Below, one piece after another: positions 26,575-37,858 of a DNA stretch of 64,000 nucleotides. Source of the stretch: a virus. Its lineage: Duplodnaviria; Caudoviricetes. The stretch's first letter is position 1. Each line of letters begins with the position of its first letter. The notes beneath the pieces were generated by a model. It made no database searches. It was not told where the DNA came from and was given only the letters and a program-made list of their open reading frames with translations. The stretch is taken from IMG/VR virus record IMGVR_UViG_3300048436_000037, positions 1,619 through 65,618 of that record. One strand, written 5' to 3'. A program made the position numbers and the translations under genes.

Positions 26575-28995
26575 ATGATTTATACTAACACAAACAGTTC
26601 TTTCCCTAGTCAGGTAGTACCAGACGCAGAAAAGCAAACCTTAGAATATGGTTATGCTGTAGGTAGAGCTATTGAGAATGAATGGTTCAAGGGTGATAGA
26701 GGTACTAATCTTGGTGGTAGGTTTGCAAGTAATTGGCAATACTTTCACAAGTTAAGATTATACGCTAGAGGAGAGCAAGCTGTACAGAAGTATAAAGATG
26801 AATTATCTATAAACGGTGACTTAAGCTACTTAAACCTAGACTGGAAACCTGTAGCTGTGCTATCTAAGTTTGTTGATATTGTTGTAAACGGTATGACAGA
26901 TAAAGGATATGAAATAAAATCATTTGCTTCAGATCCATTTGCTGTAAAAGAAAGAACACAACACGCCTCTGATTTAGCTGAAGATGCTTTTTCACAAGGT
27001 CTTATACAGGAAGCACAACAAAACTTCGGTATTGATTTAAGTAGAACTAATGTACCTGCTGATCAATTACCTAAAAGTAAAGAAGAGTTAGAGCTACATA
27101 TGCAGCTTAGTTACAAGCAAGCTATTGAAATAGCAGAAGAAGAGCTTATAAACAATGTATTAGATTATAACAAATACGAAGAAGTTAAGAAAAGAGTTGC
27201 TTACGATTTAGTTGTGTTAGGTGTTGGAGCAAGTAAAACTGACTTCAACTTAGCTAATGGAGTTACTGTTGATTATGTAGATCCAGTAAACTTAGTTTAT
27301 TCATATACTGAAGACCCTAATTTTGAAGATATATATTACGTAGGTGAAGTTAAAAGCGTACCGTTAGAAGAAGTTAAAAAGCAATTTCCAGACTTAACAG
27401 ACGAAGATCTTATAGAGATTCAAAGATATCCTGGTGATTCTAGTTATAACAGAAACTTCAACGGTCAAGATAGTAATTACGATAATGTACAAGTACTATA
27501 CTTTGAATACAAAACATACAGCAATCAAGTATTTAAAATAAAACAAACGGATCAAGGTTTAGAAAAAGCTTTAGAAAAAGACGATACTTTTGATCCACCG
27601 GAAAGCGATAACTTTAACAAGGTAAGTAGATCTATAGAAGTATTATACAGTGGTGCTAAGATATTAGGTTACGAAAAAATGCTTAGATGGGAGTTGTCAG
27701 AAAATATGACAAGACCTTTTAGTGATCAAACTAAAGTTAATATGAATTATACTATATCTGCTCCTAGAATGTACAAGGGTAGAGTTGAAAGTATAGTTAG
27801 TAAAACTATAGGTTTCGCTGATATGATACAGTTGACTCACTTAAAAATACAACAAGTATTAGCGCGTATGGTGCCGGATGGTGTTTTCGTAGACGTTGAT
27901 GGATTAGCTGAAGTTGATTTAGGTAATGGAACAAACTACAATCCGCAAGAAGCTCTTAACATGTACTTCCAAACTGGTAGTATTGTTGGTAGATCATTAA
28001 CACAGGACGGTGATCCTAACAGAGCTAAAGTACCTATACAAGAATTACAAACATCGTCAGGTATGAGCAAGATACAAGCGCTTATACAAACTTATCAATA
28101 TTATTTGCAGATGATAAGAGATGTCACGGGACTTAACGAAGCTAGAGACGGTAGTCAACCAGCAAAAGATTCTTTAGTTGGTTTACAGAAGTTAGCGGCT
28201 GCTGCATCAAACACGGCAACTAAACATATACTTCAATCGTTAATGTATATCACCGTTAGAATATGTGAGAATATAAGTCTACGAGCGGCTGATATGTTGA
28301 ACTTCCCTTTAACTAAAAATGCTTTGATGAATTCTATAAGTAGCTTCAATGTAGATACATTGGAACAAATAGAAAAGCTAAATATGCATGAGTTTGGAAT
28401 ATTCTTAGACCTAGAGCCTGATGAAGAAGAAAAACAAATGCTAGAAAGAAATATACAAATAGCATTACAGTCTGGAGGTATAGATCTTGAGGATGTTATA
28501 GATTTAAGAGAGATATCAAATATCAAGTTAGCAAATCAAATGCTTAAGATAAAACGTAAGCAAAAAATGGAAGCTGACAGAAAAGCTCAAATGGAGAACA
28601 TACAGGCTCAAGCTCAAGCAAACGCTGAAGGTGCTGAAAAAGCTGCTATGGCTGAGGTTCAAAAGCAACAAGCATTAGCTCAAACAACTCTTCAAATAGA
28701 ACAAGGTAAGTCTCAGTTTGAGATGCAACGTATGCAGACTGAAGCTCAGATTAAGAAAGAGCTTATGGCTGAGGAGTTTAACTACAACATACAATTAGCT
28801 AAAGCTAGAGCTGATGCTGAAAAAGCAAAAGAAAAAGATATAGAAGATCGTAAAGACGAAAGAACTAGAATACAAGCTACACAACAGTCAGAGCTTATAG
28901 CACAACGTCAAAACGATGAACTACCTAAGAACTTTGAGTCATCAGGTTTTGACTCACTAGGCGGATTTGGATTAGAACAGTTCGAACCTAGATAA
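26575..28995 (+). CDS. portal protein
   Basis: 806 aa directly after terL; IRDVTGLNEARDG, Q-rich C-terminal helical barrel (P22/crAss-type portal). Confidence 0.85.
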   Translation: MIYTNTNSSFPSQVVPDAEKQTLEYGYAVGRAIENEWFKGDRGTNLGGRFASNWQYFHKLRLYARGEQAVQKYKDELSINGDLSYLNLDWKPVAVLSKFVDIVVNGMTDKGYEIKSFASDPFAVKERTQHASDLAEDAFSQGLIQEAQQNFGIDLSRTNVPADQLPKSKEELELHMQLSYKQAIEIAEEELINNVLDYNKYEEVKKRVAYDLVVLGVGASKTDFNLANGVTVDYVDPVNLVYSYTEDPNFEDIYYVGEVKSVPLEEVKKQFPDLTDEDLIEIQRYPGDSSYNRNFNGQDSNYDNVQVLYFEYKTYSNQVFKIKQTDQGLEKALEKDDTFDPPESDNFNKVSRSIEVLYSGAKILGYEKMLRWELSENMTRPFSDQTKVNMNYTISAPRMYKGRVESIVSKTIGFADMIQLTHLKIQQVLARMVPDGVFVDVDGLAEVDLGNGTNYNPQEALNMYFQTGSIVGRSLTQDGDPNRAKVPIQELQTSSGMSKIQALIQTYQYYLQMIRDVTGLNEARDGSQPAKDSLVGLQKLAAAASNTATKHILQSLMYITVRICENISLRAADMLNFPLTKNALMNSISSFNVDTLEQIEKLNMHEFGIFLDLEPDEEEKQMLERNIQIALQSGGIDLEDVIDLREISNIKLANQMLKIKRKQKMEADRKAQMENIQAQAQANAEGAEKAAMAEVQKQQALAQTTLQIEQGKSQFEMQRMQTEAQIKKELMAEEFNYNIQLAKARADAEKAKEKDIEDRKDERTRIQATQQSELIAQRQNDELPKNFESSGFDSLGGFGLEQFEPR

Positions 28996-29027
28996 ATAAA
29001 ACTTTATTAATTTTATATTATTATATT

Positions 29028-30227
29028 ATGTCAGAACAAACAGTAAAACAAGAGGGTGAGTTTAAATTAAAAAAGAAAACCACTCCAAAGAAACTAGCTT
29101 CAACAGAGAACAATGTTACAAAGGTTAGTATTAAAGAACCTTTAGTTGACACAGAACCTGATGTTACAAAGGTTGTAATCAAAAAAGAAGACGATGCCAT
29201 TCAAACACAAGCGACAGATGATAGCAATGCTGTTATCAAAAAACCCGAAGACAGTGCAAACGGCGAAGCAGTGGTTAAAGAAGTACGGGAGTCCGAAGAA
29301 GAAATAAACTCACCAATACAGCTAGTAAATGATGATGATGATGATGAAGCTAAAAAAATAACTACCGAATACAAAGAAGCTGTAAGAGATGAGAAGGTGT
29401 TAGGTAAACCTTTACCTGAAAACGTTGAGAAACTAGTTGCTTTTATGGAAGAAACTGGTGGAGATATAAATGACTATGTTAGATTAAATGCTGACTATTC
29501 AAATATAGATAACGATACCTTATTAAAGGAATATTATAAACAAACAAAACCTTATTTAGAAGGTGATGATATAAATCTATTGCTAGAAGATTTTTCATAT
29601 GATGAAGATATCGATGAGCAAAGAGATATACGCAAGAAGAAACTTGCATTTAAAGAAGAAGTTGCAAAAGCTAGGAACTTTTTGGAGGAAACCAAGAGTA
29701 AGTATTACGATGAGATCAAGTTGAGACCAGGCGTAACTCAGGAACAACAAAAAGCAACTGACTTTTTTAACAGATATAACGAAGAGCAGAAAGCTGGTAA
29801 AGCAAAACACTCGGAATTTTTAAAACGTACTAATGAATTACTAACCGACGATTTCAAAGGTTTTGATTTTAATGTTGGTGAAAGTAAATTTAGGTACAGC
29901 GTAAAAAATCCACAAAAGGTAGCAGAAGCACAATCTGATATTTCTAACTTCATTGGGACGTTCCTAAATGATAAAGGAGAGGTTAAAGATACTAAAGGTT
30001 ACCACAAAGCTTTATATGCTGCTAGAAACGCTGATACTATAGCACAACATTTTTACGAGCAAGGCAAGGCCGATGCTGTTAGGGATGTTATGGTTAAATC
30101 AAAAAACATTTCAACAGAACCTAGAAAAACTAGTAGTGGTGATGTGTTTATAAATGGTTTAAAAGTTAAAGCTATTTCTGGTGCTGATTCTTCAAAATTA
30201 AAGATAAAAACTAGAAAATTTAACTAA
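29028..30227 (+). CDS. putative scaffolding protein
   Basis: Acidic disordered N-terminus, helical; between portal and capsid. Confidence 0.6.
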   Translation: MSEQTVKQEGEFKLKKKTTPKKLASTENNVTKVSIKEPLVDTEPDVTKVVIKKEDDAIQTQATDDSNAVIKKPEDSANGEAVVKEVRESEEEINSPIQLVNDDDDDEAKKITTEYKEAVRDEKVLGKPLPENVEKLVAFMEETGGDINDYVRLNADYSNIDNDTLLKEYYKQTKPYLEGDDINLLLEDFSYDEDIDEQRDIRKKKLAFKEEVAKARNFLEETKSKYYDEIKLRPGVTQEQQKATDFFNRYNEEQKAGKAKHSEFLKRTNELLTDDFKGFDFNVGESKFRYSVKNPQKVAEAQSDISNFIGTFLNDKGEVKDTKGYHKALYAARNADTIAQHFYEQGKADAVRDVMVKSKNISTEPRKTSSGDVFINGLKVKAISGADSSKLKIKTRKFN

Positions 30228-30242
30228 CAAAATTAAACAAAA

Positions 30243-31706
30243 ATGAGTTTAAGCCCACAATTTGGTTCATTGAAACCATCTCAAAAACAAGAAATTTTAG
30301 ATAGCAATTATCTAAAGTTTAACGACGGTGCTAACGGAACAGACACTTTCGCACAACAATATTTACCAGAGATCTACGAACAAGAAGTAGAGCGTTACGG
30401 AAACAGAACTTTATCTGGATTCTTAAGAATGGTAGGAGCAGAAATGCCAATGACTTCTGATCAAGTAATTTGGTCTGAGCAAAATAGATTACATATCTCT
30501 TATGAAGGATGTACTAGTGGTGTATCAGGAACAACAAGTACAATTACTATTCCTGTTGATTTAACACCAGCTGATCCTAAGGATTATGTTGCTAACGTTG
30601 TATCTCCTGGAGCTACTATCGTTGCTATGGATTCAACAGGTTTTGAAATTAAAGCTGTTGTAATTTCATCTAACCTAACTACTGGAGCTTTAGTTGTAAG
30701 TCCTTATACTGCTGCTACTATCGCTGGTTTAGCTACTTCAGGTGTTAAGATATTTGTATTTGGATCTGAATATGGAAAAGGTTCATCTACACCTAACTCT
30801 ACTGTAACTGCTGGAGCTGCTGATGGATATGTATCTGTAGATCCTTCTTTCACTCAATTCTCTAACTCACCAATCATCATCAGAAATAAATACGTTGTAA
30901 ACGGATCTGATATGGCTCAAATCGGTTGGGTAGAAGTTGCTACTGAAGACGGAACATCTGGATATTTATGGTACTTAAAAGCTGAGTCTGAAACTAGATT
31001 ACGTTTTGAAGATTACCTAGAAATGTCTGTAGTAGAAGGTGAAAAAGCATCAGGAACTGGAGCTGGATCAGCTGCTAACGCTGGATATAAAGGTACTCAA
31101 GGTTTATTTGCTGCTATCGAAGATAGAGGTAATGTAAACGTAGGATTCACTGCTTCTGCAGGTCTTGATACTTTTGATGATATCTTGAAAAACTTAGATA
31201 CTCAAGGAGCTATTGAAGAAAACATGTTATTCTTACAAAGACAAACGTCTTTAGATTTTGACGATATGTTAGCTGCAATCTCTGGAGGTGCTCAAGGTGG
31301 TACTGCTTATGGATTATTCGAAAACTCTGAAGAAATGGCATTGAACTTAGGTTTCTCTGGATTCAGAAGAGGTTCTTATGACTTCTATAAAACTGACTGG
31401 AAATACTTAAACGATGCTTCTACTCGTGGAGCTATGACTGGAACTTCTTCTATCGAAGGTGTATTAGTACCAGCTGGAACTTCTACGGTTTATGATCAAG
31501 TATTAGGTACAAACATCAGACGTCCTTTCTTACACGTAAGATATAGAGCTTCTCAAGCAAATGACAGAAGAATGAAGCAATGGGTAACTGGTTCTGCCGG
31601 TGGAGCTGCTACATCTGATCTAGATGCTATGGAAGTAAACTTCTTATCTGAAAGATGTTTATGTGTACAAGGTGCTAACAACTTTGTATTATTCAAAGGA
31701 ATCTAA
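30243..31706 (+). CDS. major capsid protein
   Basis: 487 aa, position, strong codon bias, followed by terminator. Confidence 0.8.
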   Translation: MSLSPQFGSLKPSQKQEILDSNYLKFNDGANGTDTFAQQYLPEIYEQEVERYGNRTLSGFLRMVGAEMPMTSDQVIWSEQNRLHISYEGCTSGVSGTTSTITIPVDLTPADPKDYVANVVSPGATIVAMDSTGFEIKAVVISSNLTTGALVVSPYTAATIAGLATSGVKIFVFGSEYGKGSSTPNSTVTAGAADGYVSVDPSFTQFSNSPIIIRNKYVVNGSDMAQIGWVEVATEDGTSGYLWYLKAESETRLRFEDYLEMSVVEGEKASGTGAGSAANAGYKGTQGLFAAIEDRGNVNVGFTASAGLDTFDDILKNLDTQGAIEENMLFLQRQTSLDFDDMLAAISGGAQGGTAYGLFENSEEMALNLGFSGFRRGSYDFYKTDWKYLNDASTRGAMTGTSSIEGVLVPAGTSTVYDQVLGTNIRRPFLHVRYRASQANDRRMKQWVTGSAGGAATSDLDAMEVNFLSERCLCVQGANNFVLFKGI

Positions 31707-31720
31707 TTGATTCAACATAT

Positions 31721-31764
31721 GTAATTCTTACCCTCGTTGAACTGACGGGGGTAATTATTACTTT
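31721..31764 (+). terminator. intrinsic terminator after capsid gene
   Basis: GTAATtcTTACCCTCGTT gaac TGACGGGGGTAA ttATTAC TTTT. Confidence 0.75.
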
Positions 31765-31790
31765 TAAAAACTATTTAATTATATTATATT

Positions 31791-32621
31791 ATGGCTGCAA
31801 AAAAAGCACCAGCAAAGAAAGTTGAGGTTGCTCCTCAGCAAGAAGTAGTAGTAAAAACTGCTACAAGAGTACAACCAGCTAAACCAAGCTGGGAAATAAA
31901 AGATAGAACATACATATTAAATTCTAATAAATCTCCATTAACATTTACAATACCTAGTAAGCATACTTCTAAACATGCTTTACTATACTTTGATAAAGAA
32001 AGTGGTGAGCAAAAAGAAATAAGATATGCAACAAACCAACCTTCTCCTTTTGTAAAAGAACAACAAGGTGAAGCTACTTTAGGTCACATTATATTTAAAG
32101 ATGGTGCGTTGTTTGTTCCAAAAGAAAAACAAAACCTTCAAAAAGTATTATCTTTATATCACCCTTTAAAAAACAAGTTGTACAAAGAACTTGATCAGGT
32201 TGAAATAGCAGAAGATGAATTAGATATACTAGAGCTACAGATTGATGCTTTAAATGCTGCTAGAGGTATGGATATAGATCATGCTGAAGCAATATTGAGA
32301 GTTGAGTTGGGATCTAAGGTATCTACGATGAGTTCTAAGGAGCTAAAAAGAGATTTACTATTATTTGCTAAGATGAGTCCAGGTTTGTTCCTAGATTTAG
32401 CTAATGATGAAAATGTACAATTAAGGAATTTTGCAATACAAGCTGCTGAAGCTAACATCATAAGATTATCAGATGATCAAAGATATTTCACTTGGGCTAG
32501 TAACGGAAGAAAACTAATGGAAGTTCCTTTTGATGAAAATCCTTATTCAGCATTTGCATACTTCTTAAAAACAGATGAAGGTGTTGAAATTTATAAATCT
32601 ATAGATAAAAAGATTAATTAA
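31791..32621 (+). CDS. conserved hypothetical protein following capsid
   Basis: 276-aa ORF. Confidence 0.75.
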   Translation: MAAKKAPAKKVEVAPQQEVVVKTATRVQPAKPSWEIKDRTYILNSNKSPLTFTIPSKHTSKHALLYFDKESGEQKEIRYATNQPSPFVKEQQGEATLGHIIFKDGALFVPKEKQNLQKVLSLYHPLKNKLYKELDQVEIAEDELDILELQIDALNAARGMDIDHAEAILRVELGSKVSTMSSKELKRDLLLFAKMSPGLFLDLANDENVQLRNFAIQAAEANIIRLSDDQRYFTWASNGRKLMEVPFDENPYSAFAYFLKTDEGVEIYKSIDKKIN

Positions 32622-32636
32622 CAGGTAATAATATAT
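32605..32636 (+). promoter_or_regulatory. late/middle promoter-like motif
   Basis: ATAA-N16-GTAATAATATA upstream of the tail operon. Confidence 0.55.
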
Positions 32637-32677
32637 TGGGGCGGGTAAAACCGCTCCATATATTTAAATATAAAATA

Positions 32678-33445
32678 ATGGCAATAAACGTAAATACTGT
32701 ATATCAAACCGTTTTGTTAATACTAAATAAAGAACAGCGTGGATATATGACACCTGTAGAGTATAACAGAATAGCTACACAATCACAACTCGATATATTC
32801 GAGCAATACTTTGATGATTTAAATCAGCAATTACGAGTGCCACAAGTCGATCTAGATTACTCAGATAGACAACTAAACATAGACGAGAAAATATCTCCGT
32901 TTAAAACATTTGGTAATTGTACATATAGTTCTGGAACTTGGCAATTACCCGCAACAGATACCTACTCTAATACTGTACTTTATAACGGTCAAGAACCTGG
33001 TGCTAACCAAGTTTCATTTTATAAATTAGGTACTGTAACATATAATCCTGCACTTGGATTTCCAGTAGAACTACAAAGATTACCTCGTAGTGAATTTTAC
33101 AATATTGAAAAATCACCACTTACAGCATCAACAAAAGAGTTTCCAACATATCTTTATGAAAACAAAAAACTATACGTTAGACCAACTAGTATAAATCAAG
33201 CTGGTGATGTAACAGTAGATTTTTTAAGAAAACCTAAAAATATAGTTTGGGCATTTACAGTGGGTGCTCAAGGTCAATATATTTTTAATTCTGCAAACTC
33301 TCAAAACTTCGAACTTCAAGAGTCAGAACAAACTAGACTTATACTTAAGATATTATTGTATGCTGGTATAATAATAAGAGATCCTCAGATAGTTCAAGCA
33401 GCTGCTAGCGAAGTTCAACAAAACGAAATAAATCAAAAAAGCTAA
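32678..33445 (+). CDS. head-tail adaptor / tail ring protein
   Basis: Start MAINVN at 32678; LNKEQRGY.TP.E.N, FLRKP motifs; position. Confidence 0.6.
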   Translation: MAINVNTVYQTVLLILNKEQRGYMTPVEYNRIATQSQLDIFEQYFDDLNQQLRVPQVDLDYSDRQLNIDEKISPFKTFGNCTYSSGTWQLPATDTYSNTVLYNGQEPGANQVSFYKLGTVTYNPALGFPVELQRLPRSEFYNIEKSPLTASTKEFPTYLYENKKLYVRPTSINQAGDVTVDFLRKPKNIVWAFTVGAQGQYIFNSANSQNFELQESEQTRLILKILLYAGIIIRDPQIVQAAASEVQQNEINQKS

Positions 33446-33451
33446 TAAAAT

Positions 33452-34678
33452 ATGCCTCTACCAAACGGCGGTTTAATAACCGAAAACAACAGACAATATT
33501 ACGAAGGCGCACAGAGTTTTTCAGGTAACGTAGGTGGTACAGCGGGGCAAAGCTTTACTACTACTTTTGATACTGATTTAGTATTTTACTCTACTGTAAC
33601 GACCGATCCGCAGTACGCTTTAAACAATTTTAAAGTTTATGTCAGCCCAACTGGTGTTGGTGGTAGTTTTACAGAGGTTACAGCTTATACCGTAGTAAAT
33701 AACACTGTAACCATAACTGGAGCTATACCAACAAATGCTGTTGTTATTATTCAGTTAAAGAGATTGGATGGTGGTGTTTACGGTAATACACCGTCTGAAA
33801 AAGCTTATGGTAATACTACTGAAGATAATTATGGATCTTATGGTTATATTAAACTTAACGACGTAATAAATAATTTTATTGTTGCATACGTTGGTAATGG
33901 CAAATTAATACCAAGCTGCAAAAGAACAGATATTATATTTCACGCTAAAAGAGCTATGCAGGAGTTTAGCTACGATACATTAAGAAGTATAAATTCTCAA
34001 GAATTAACAATACCAAATAACCTTAGTGTTATAATGCCTCAAGATTATGTTAATTATGTTAGCATGTCTTGGTATGACAGTCAAGGTATTGCTCACAAAA
34101 TATACCCAACAAAACTAACTACAAATCCATATCAAACACCAGTACAGGATAGCGAAGGTCAACCTACTCAAGATGCTAATAGTAATAACATCGAAAGTAC
34201 TTCAGTTGTAGAGGAAAGATGGAAAACTAACTTCTATAAAAATGATCAATCAATTGATGTTGATAACGCTTTAGCTAACGGTCTTTATGGGAATGGTGTT
34301 GGTTATGGTTACGGAGGAATGTACGGATTAGACCCACAATATGCTAACACAAACGGTTGGTTCACTATAAATGATAGAGAAGGTAAGTTTTCTTTTTCAT
34401 CTAACTTAGTTGATAAGTTAATAGTACTAGAATATATATCTGATGGTTTATCTTCTAGCTTAGATACTAGATTACCTAAGATGGCTGAAGAAGCTATGTA
34501 TGCTTATATATCGCACGCTATAATATCTACTAGAATAAATCAACCAGAGTACATAGTACAAAGACTTAAAAAAGAAAAGTCTGCGAAACTTAGAAATGCA
34601 AAGATAAGATTATCTAACATAAAGCTTGATGAAATAGTTCAAACAATGAGAGGTAAATCTAAATGGTTAAAACACTAG
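33452..34678 (+). CDS. tail ring / structural protein
   Basis: MPQDYVNYV, VLEYISDG motifs of podoviral ring proteins. Confidence 0.6.
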   Translation: MPLPNGGLITENNRQYYEGAQSFSGNVGGTAGQSFTTTFDTDLVFYSTVTTDPQYALNNFKVYVSPTGVGGSFTEVTAYTVVNNTVTITGAIPTNAVVIIQLKRLDGGVYGNTPSEKAYGNTTEDNYGSYGYIKLNDVINNFIVAYVGNGKLIPSCKRTDIIFHAKRAMQEFSYDTLRSINSQELTIPNNLSVIMPQDYVNYVSMSWYDSQGIAHKIYPTKLTTNPYQTPVQDSEGQPTQDANSNNIESTSVVEERWKTNFYKNDQSIDVDNALANGLYGNGVGYGYGGMYGLDPQYANTNGWFTINDREGKFSFSSNLVDKLIVLEYISDGLSSSLDTRLPKMAEEAMYAYISHAIISTRINQPEYIVQRLKKEKSAKLRNAKIRLSNIKLDEIVQTMRGKSKWLKH

Positions 34679-34684
34679 AATTAA

Positions 34685-37600
34685 ATGGCTGAAGTTAAAA
34701 ATGCTTTCATAAAATCCAAGATGAATAAAGACTTGGATTCTAGACTTATACCTAATGGCGAGTATAGAGATGCTAAGAATATACAAGTTAGTCGATCTCA
34801 AGGTGATGATGTTGGAGCTTTAGAAAACATACTTGGTAATGCTGTTACCGTAAACGGTGACTTTGCTACAGATGCTTCAGCTCCAAACATTGAGTGTATA
34901 GGTTATGTTGTAGACGAGTCAACTAGTTTTGTTTATTTATTTTTCACAGATTATACTGATCCTTATGCCGGCGATGTATCTAATTACAGTACAACGGCTA
35001 AAAACTTTATATACGCCTACAATACATTAAGCAATCAAAGAGTTAAATTACTTGAGGGTGCTTTTTTAAACTTCTCTACAAATAGACCTATAATAGGGGT
35101 TAACCTGTTAGAAAACCTACTATTTTGGACTGACAATAGAAACCAACCTAGGAAAATAAATGTTGACTTAGCTATTAGTAATGGTGTCACTTATTACGAT
35201 ACTGAGGACAAGATATCTGTAGCTAAGTATAATCCATACCAATCACCTGAGCTTATAAGAGAAGTAAGTTCTGGAGTTTATGAAACTACAATGTATGATG
35301 TTGCTAATCAATTTCTTCCAGCAACCGGTACCGCTATGGTAGATGGAGCTGTTGTAAATAGTCCTAATATAACTATAGATGCTAAAACAGGTTTTATAAA
35401 CGTTGGAAATACTGTAACAGGTGAAAACATAACAACAGGTACAACTGTATCTAGTTTCAATGTTCAAACCGGTGCACTAGTTGTTAGCTCAAATCAAACA
35501 TTAGCTGACAATACTGAGTTATTTTTCGAACAATCAAATCCCTACTATGATGTTAATTTCTCTGGAGATCCACAATATCTAGAAGATAAGTTTGTTAGAT
35601 TTAGTTATAGATTTAAGTTTGTAGATGGTGAATACTCTATAATGGCTCCTTTTACGCAGGAGGCTTTTATACCTAAGCAAGATGGTTATTTTATGGTGGG
35701 TGACGAAAAACAAACCACATTGAGTACTGTTGTTGATTTTATGGAAAATAAAGTTAATAAAATAGATATACAAATACCATTACCAGACAATACAACTTCA
35801 AACAATCTACAAAGTAAATACCTGATAACTGATATAGATATTTTATATAAAGAATCTGACTCGACGGTTGTTCAAGTTGTTGAAACTATACCTGTATCAA
35901 GTATAACTGGTAATGTTGACACGTATGTTTATTCTTACTTCTCTCAAAAACCGTATAAAACACTACCTAGCGATGAGATAATTAGAGTTTACGACAAAGT
36001 ACCTGTTAAAGCGTTAGGGCAAGAAGTAGCTGGCAATAGAGTTATTTATAGTAACTTCCAAAACAAGCATACTCCACCTAACTTTATAGATTACCAAGTT
36101 GGAGTAAGTGATAAACTACCAGTGTTAACAACAGGTTCTTCTAAATCTATAGTTGAATATCCAAATCATAACGTAAAAGAAAATAGAAATTATCAAATTG
36201 GAGTAGTATTATCAGATAAATTTGGTAGACAATCTACAGTTATACTTTCTAATAATACCGATTTCGACACGTCTACAGATGTGGGTGCAGATACCATATA
36301 TCTACCTTACAATTCTGTCAATAATTCTATAAGCTTTGCAGGAAATTCTATAAAAACTCAATTTAATACTATAATTAGTGGTGTTGGAATAGATAAAGAT
36401 GAAAAAACCGGTACTCCTGGCTTGTATAATAATGACCCAACAAGTGAGAATTATAATCCTCTTGGATGGTATTCCTATAAAATAGTCGTGAAGCAAATCG
36501 AGCAAGAATACTACAATGTGTACACGGCTGGTGTTATGAAAGGTATACCTTATTACAGCACTACCACAAATCCACAGGTTCCTCTAGTTGATACCAATGC
36601 TTCTTTTGTTACATTATTAAATGACAACATAAATAAAATACCTAGAGACTTAACAGAAGTTGGTCCTCAAGATAAGCAGTTTAGAAGTTCTGTTAGGTTG
36701 TTTGGTAGAGTAGAAAATACAGCAACTTCATTTAGTGATTTTGGTAATAAACAGTACTTACCAGGAAGAAGATCTTTCACTGTGAATCAAATAGAAGATT
36801 TATTTGATAGCTTTGATGTATTGCAGTTTGAAGGTAGCACAGGATCTGTAATTCCAGTTACTGACGCACATAGTCCTTATTATGCTTTTTTTAGATCTGA
36901 ATCAAATCCATTTATAGCTGAATTTGTAACATCTCAAACAACTACTGATCAATTTGGTGTTATCAATACGGAATACAATAATAATGGAAGTACATTATAT
37001 AATAGGTTTGAAAATCTAAATATTTTTGAAACAAAACCAACAGTGTCTAGGTTAGATATATACTGGGAAACATCAACATCTGGTTTAGTATCAGATTTAA
37101 ACTCAGCTATAGGTGGTAACGCTCAAGCAAGTCAAATAGTAGACTGGAGTTATAATCATGCTGAAAATAGTAGCCCTGGTGATAATATAACTGGTAATTT
37201 TAAATTCCAAAGTGCTTTAGGAAATGATTTAACTAATATACATAACGTTACAATGACCGTAACAGATAATTCTGGCTCAGACGTAACTTCTAATTTTGTT
37301 TTAGTAAGTAACACATCTCCAGTTAATACTTACAAAGTTGTTACTGCTCCAGGTAAATATTTTTATTATGAGCAAAATTCGAATTTAAATATTTTTAATT
37401 TCGTTTTTGGTATTCAATTAACTCCGTCTAGTATAATAAATTATGTGTCAAAAACAAATCAACCATTAACAAATATAGCACCATCAATAACTAATACAGC
37501 AAACAACACTATAATGCTGTTTGAGGGAATTAGAAATATACCATTAGAAAATGGAACGCCAACCGGCAAAGCAACAGGTGTTAATGGATCTTCAGATGCT

Positions 37601-37813
37601 AATAAAAACAAATTAGGTTTAGTGTTCTCTATATCTTCACAATCAGGTGTTGGTAATTTTGAGATAGATACTACAGACGGAATATCTGTAATAAACACAG
37701 ATGGTGCAGCTGTAGGTGATGGTAGTTTTATATTAAAACTAGAAGATGGTGGTAGTCCAATAAACCTAATAGACACATTGTCAGTTAACGTGAACTTTAA
37801 TGCGGCTAATTAA
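34685..37813 (+). CDS. tail nozzle/stabilisation protein, N-terminal part
   Basis: MNKDLDSRLIPNGEYRDAKNI, LFWTDNRNQPRKIN (P22 gp10/crAss muzzle-like). Confidence 0.7.
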   Translation: MAEVKNAFIKSKMNKDLDSRLIPNGEYRDAKNIQVSRSQGDDVGALENILGNAVTVNGDFATDASAPNIECIGYVVDESTSFVYLFFTDYTDPYAGDVSNYSTTAKNFIYAYNTLSNQRVKLLEGAFLNFSTNRPIIGVNLLENLLFWTDNRNQPRKINVDLAISNGVTYYDTEDKISVAKYNPYQSPELIREVSSGVYETTMYDVANQFLPATGTAMVDGAVVNSPNITIDAKTGFINVGNTVTGENITTGTTVSSFNVQTGALVVSSNQTLADNTELFFEQSNPYYDVNFSGDPQYLEDKFVRFSYRFKFVDGEYSIMAPFTQEAFIPKQDGYFMVGDEKQTTLSTVVDFMENKVNKIDIQIPLPDNTTSNNLQSKYLITDIDILYKESDSTVVQVVETIPVSSITGNVDTYVYSYFSQKPYKTLPSDEIIRVYDKVPVKALGQEVAGNRVIYSNFQNKHTPPNFIDYQVGVSDKLPVLTTGSSKSIVEYPNHNVKENRNYQIGVVLSDKFGRQSTVILSNNTDFDTSTDVGADTIYLPYNSVNNSISFAGNSIKTQFNTIISGVGIDKDEKTGTPGLYNNDPTSENYNPLGWYSYKIVVKQIEQEYYNVYTAGVMKGIPYYSTTTNPQVPLVDTNASFVTLLNDNINKIPRDLTEVGPQDKQFRSSVRLFGRVENTATSFSDFGNKQYLPGRRSFTVNQIEDLFDSFDVLQFEGSTGSVIPVTDAHSPYYAFFRSESNPFIAEFVTSQTTTDQFGVINTEYNNNGSTLYNRFENLNIFETKPTVSRLDIYWETSTSGLVSDLNSAIGGNAQASQIVDWSYNHAENSSPGDNITGNFKFQSALGNDLTNIHNVTMTVTDNSGSDVTSNFVLVSNTSPVNTYKVVTAPGKYFYYEQNSNLNIFNFVFGIQLTPSSIINYVSKTNQPLTNIAPSITNTANNTIMLFEGIRNIPLENGTPTGKATGVNGSSDANKNKLGLVFSISSQSGVGNFEIDTTDGISVINTDGAAVGDGSFILKLEDGGSPINLIDTLSVNVNFNAAN

Positions 37814-37824
37814 ACAATATGATG

Positions 37825-37855
37825 GTAATTTATTTAATCAACAAGTAATAATAAC
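37825..37855 (+). promoter_or_regulatory. late/middle promoter-like motif
   Basis: GTAA-N16-GTAATAATAAC. Confidence 0.45.
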
Positions 37856-37858
37856 ATA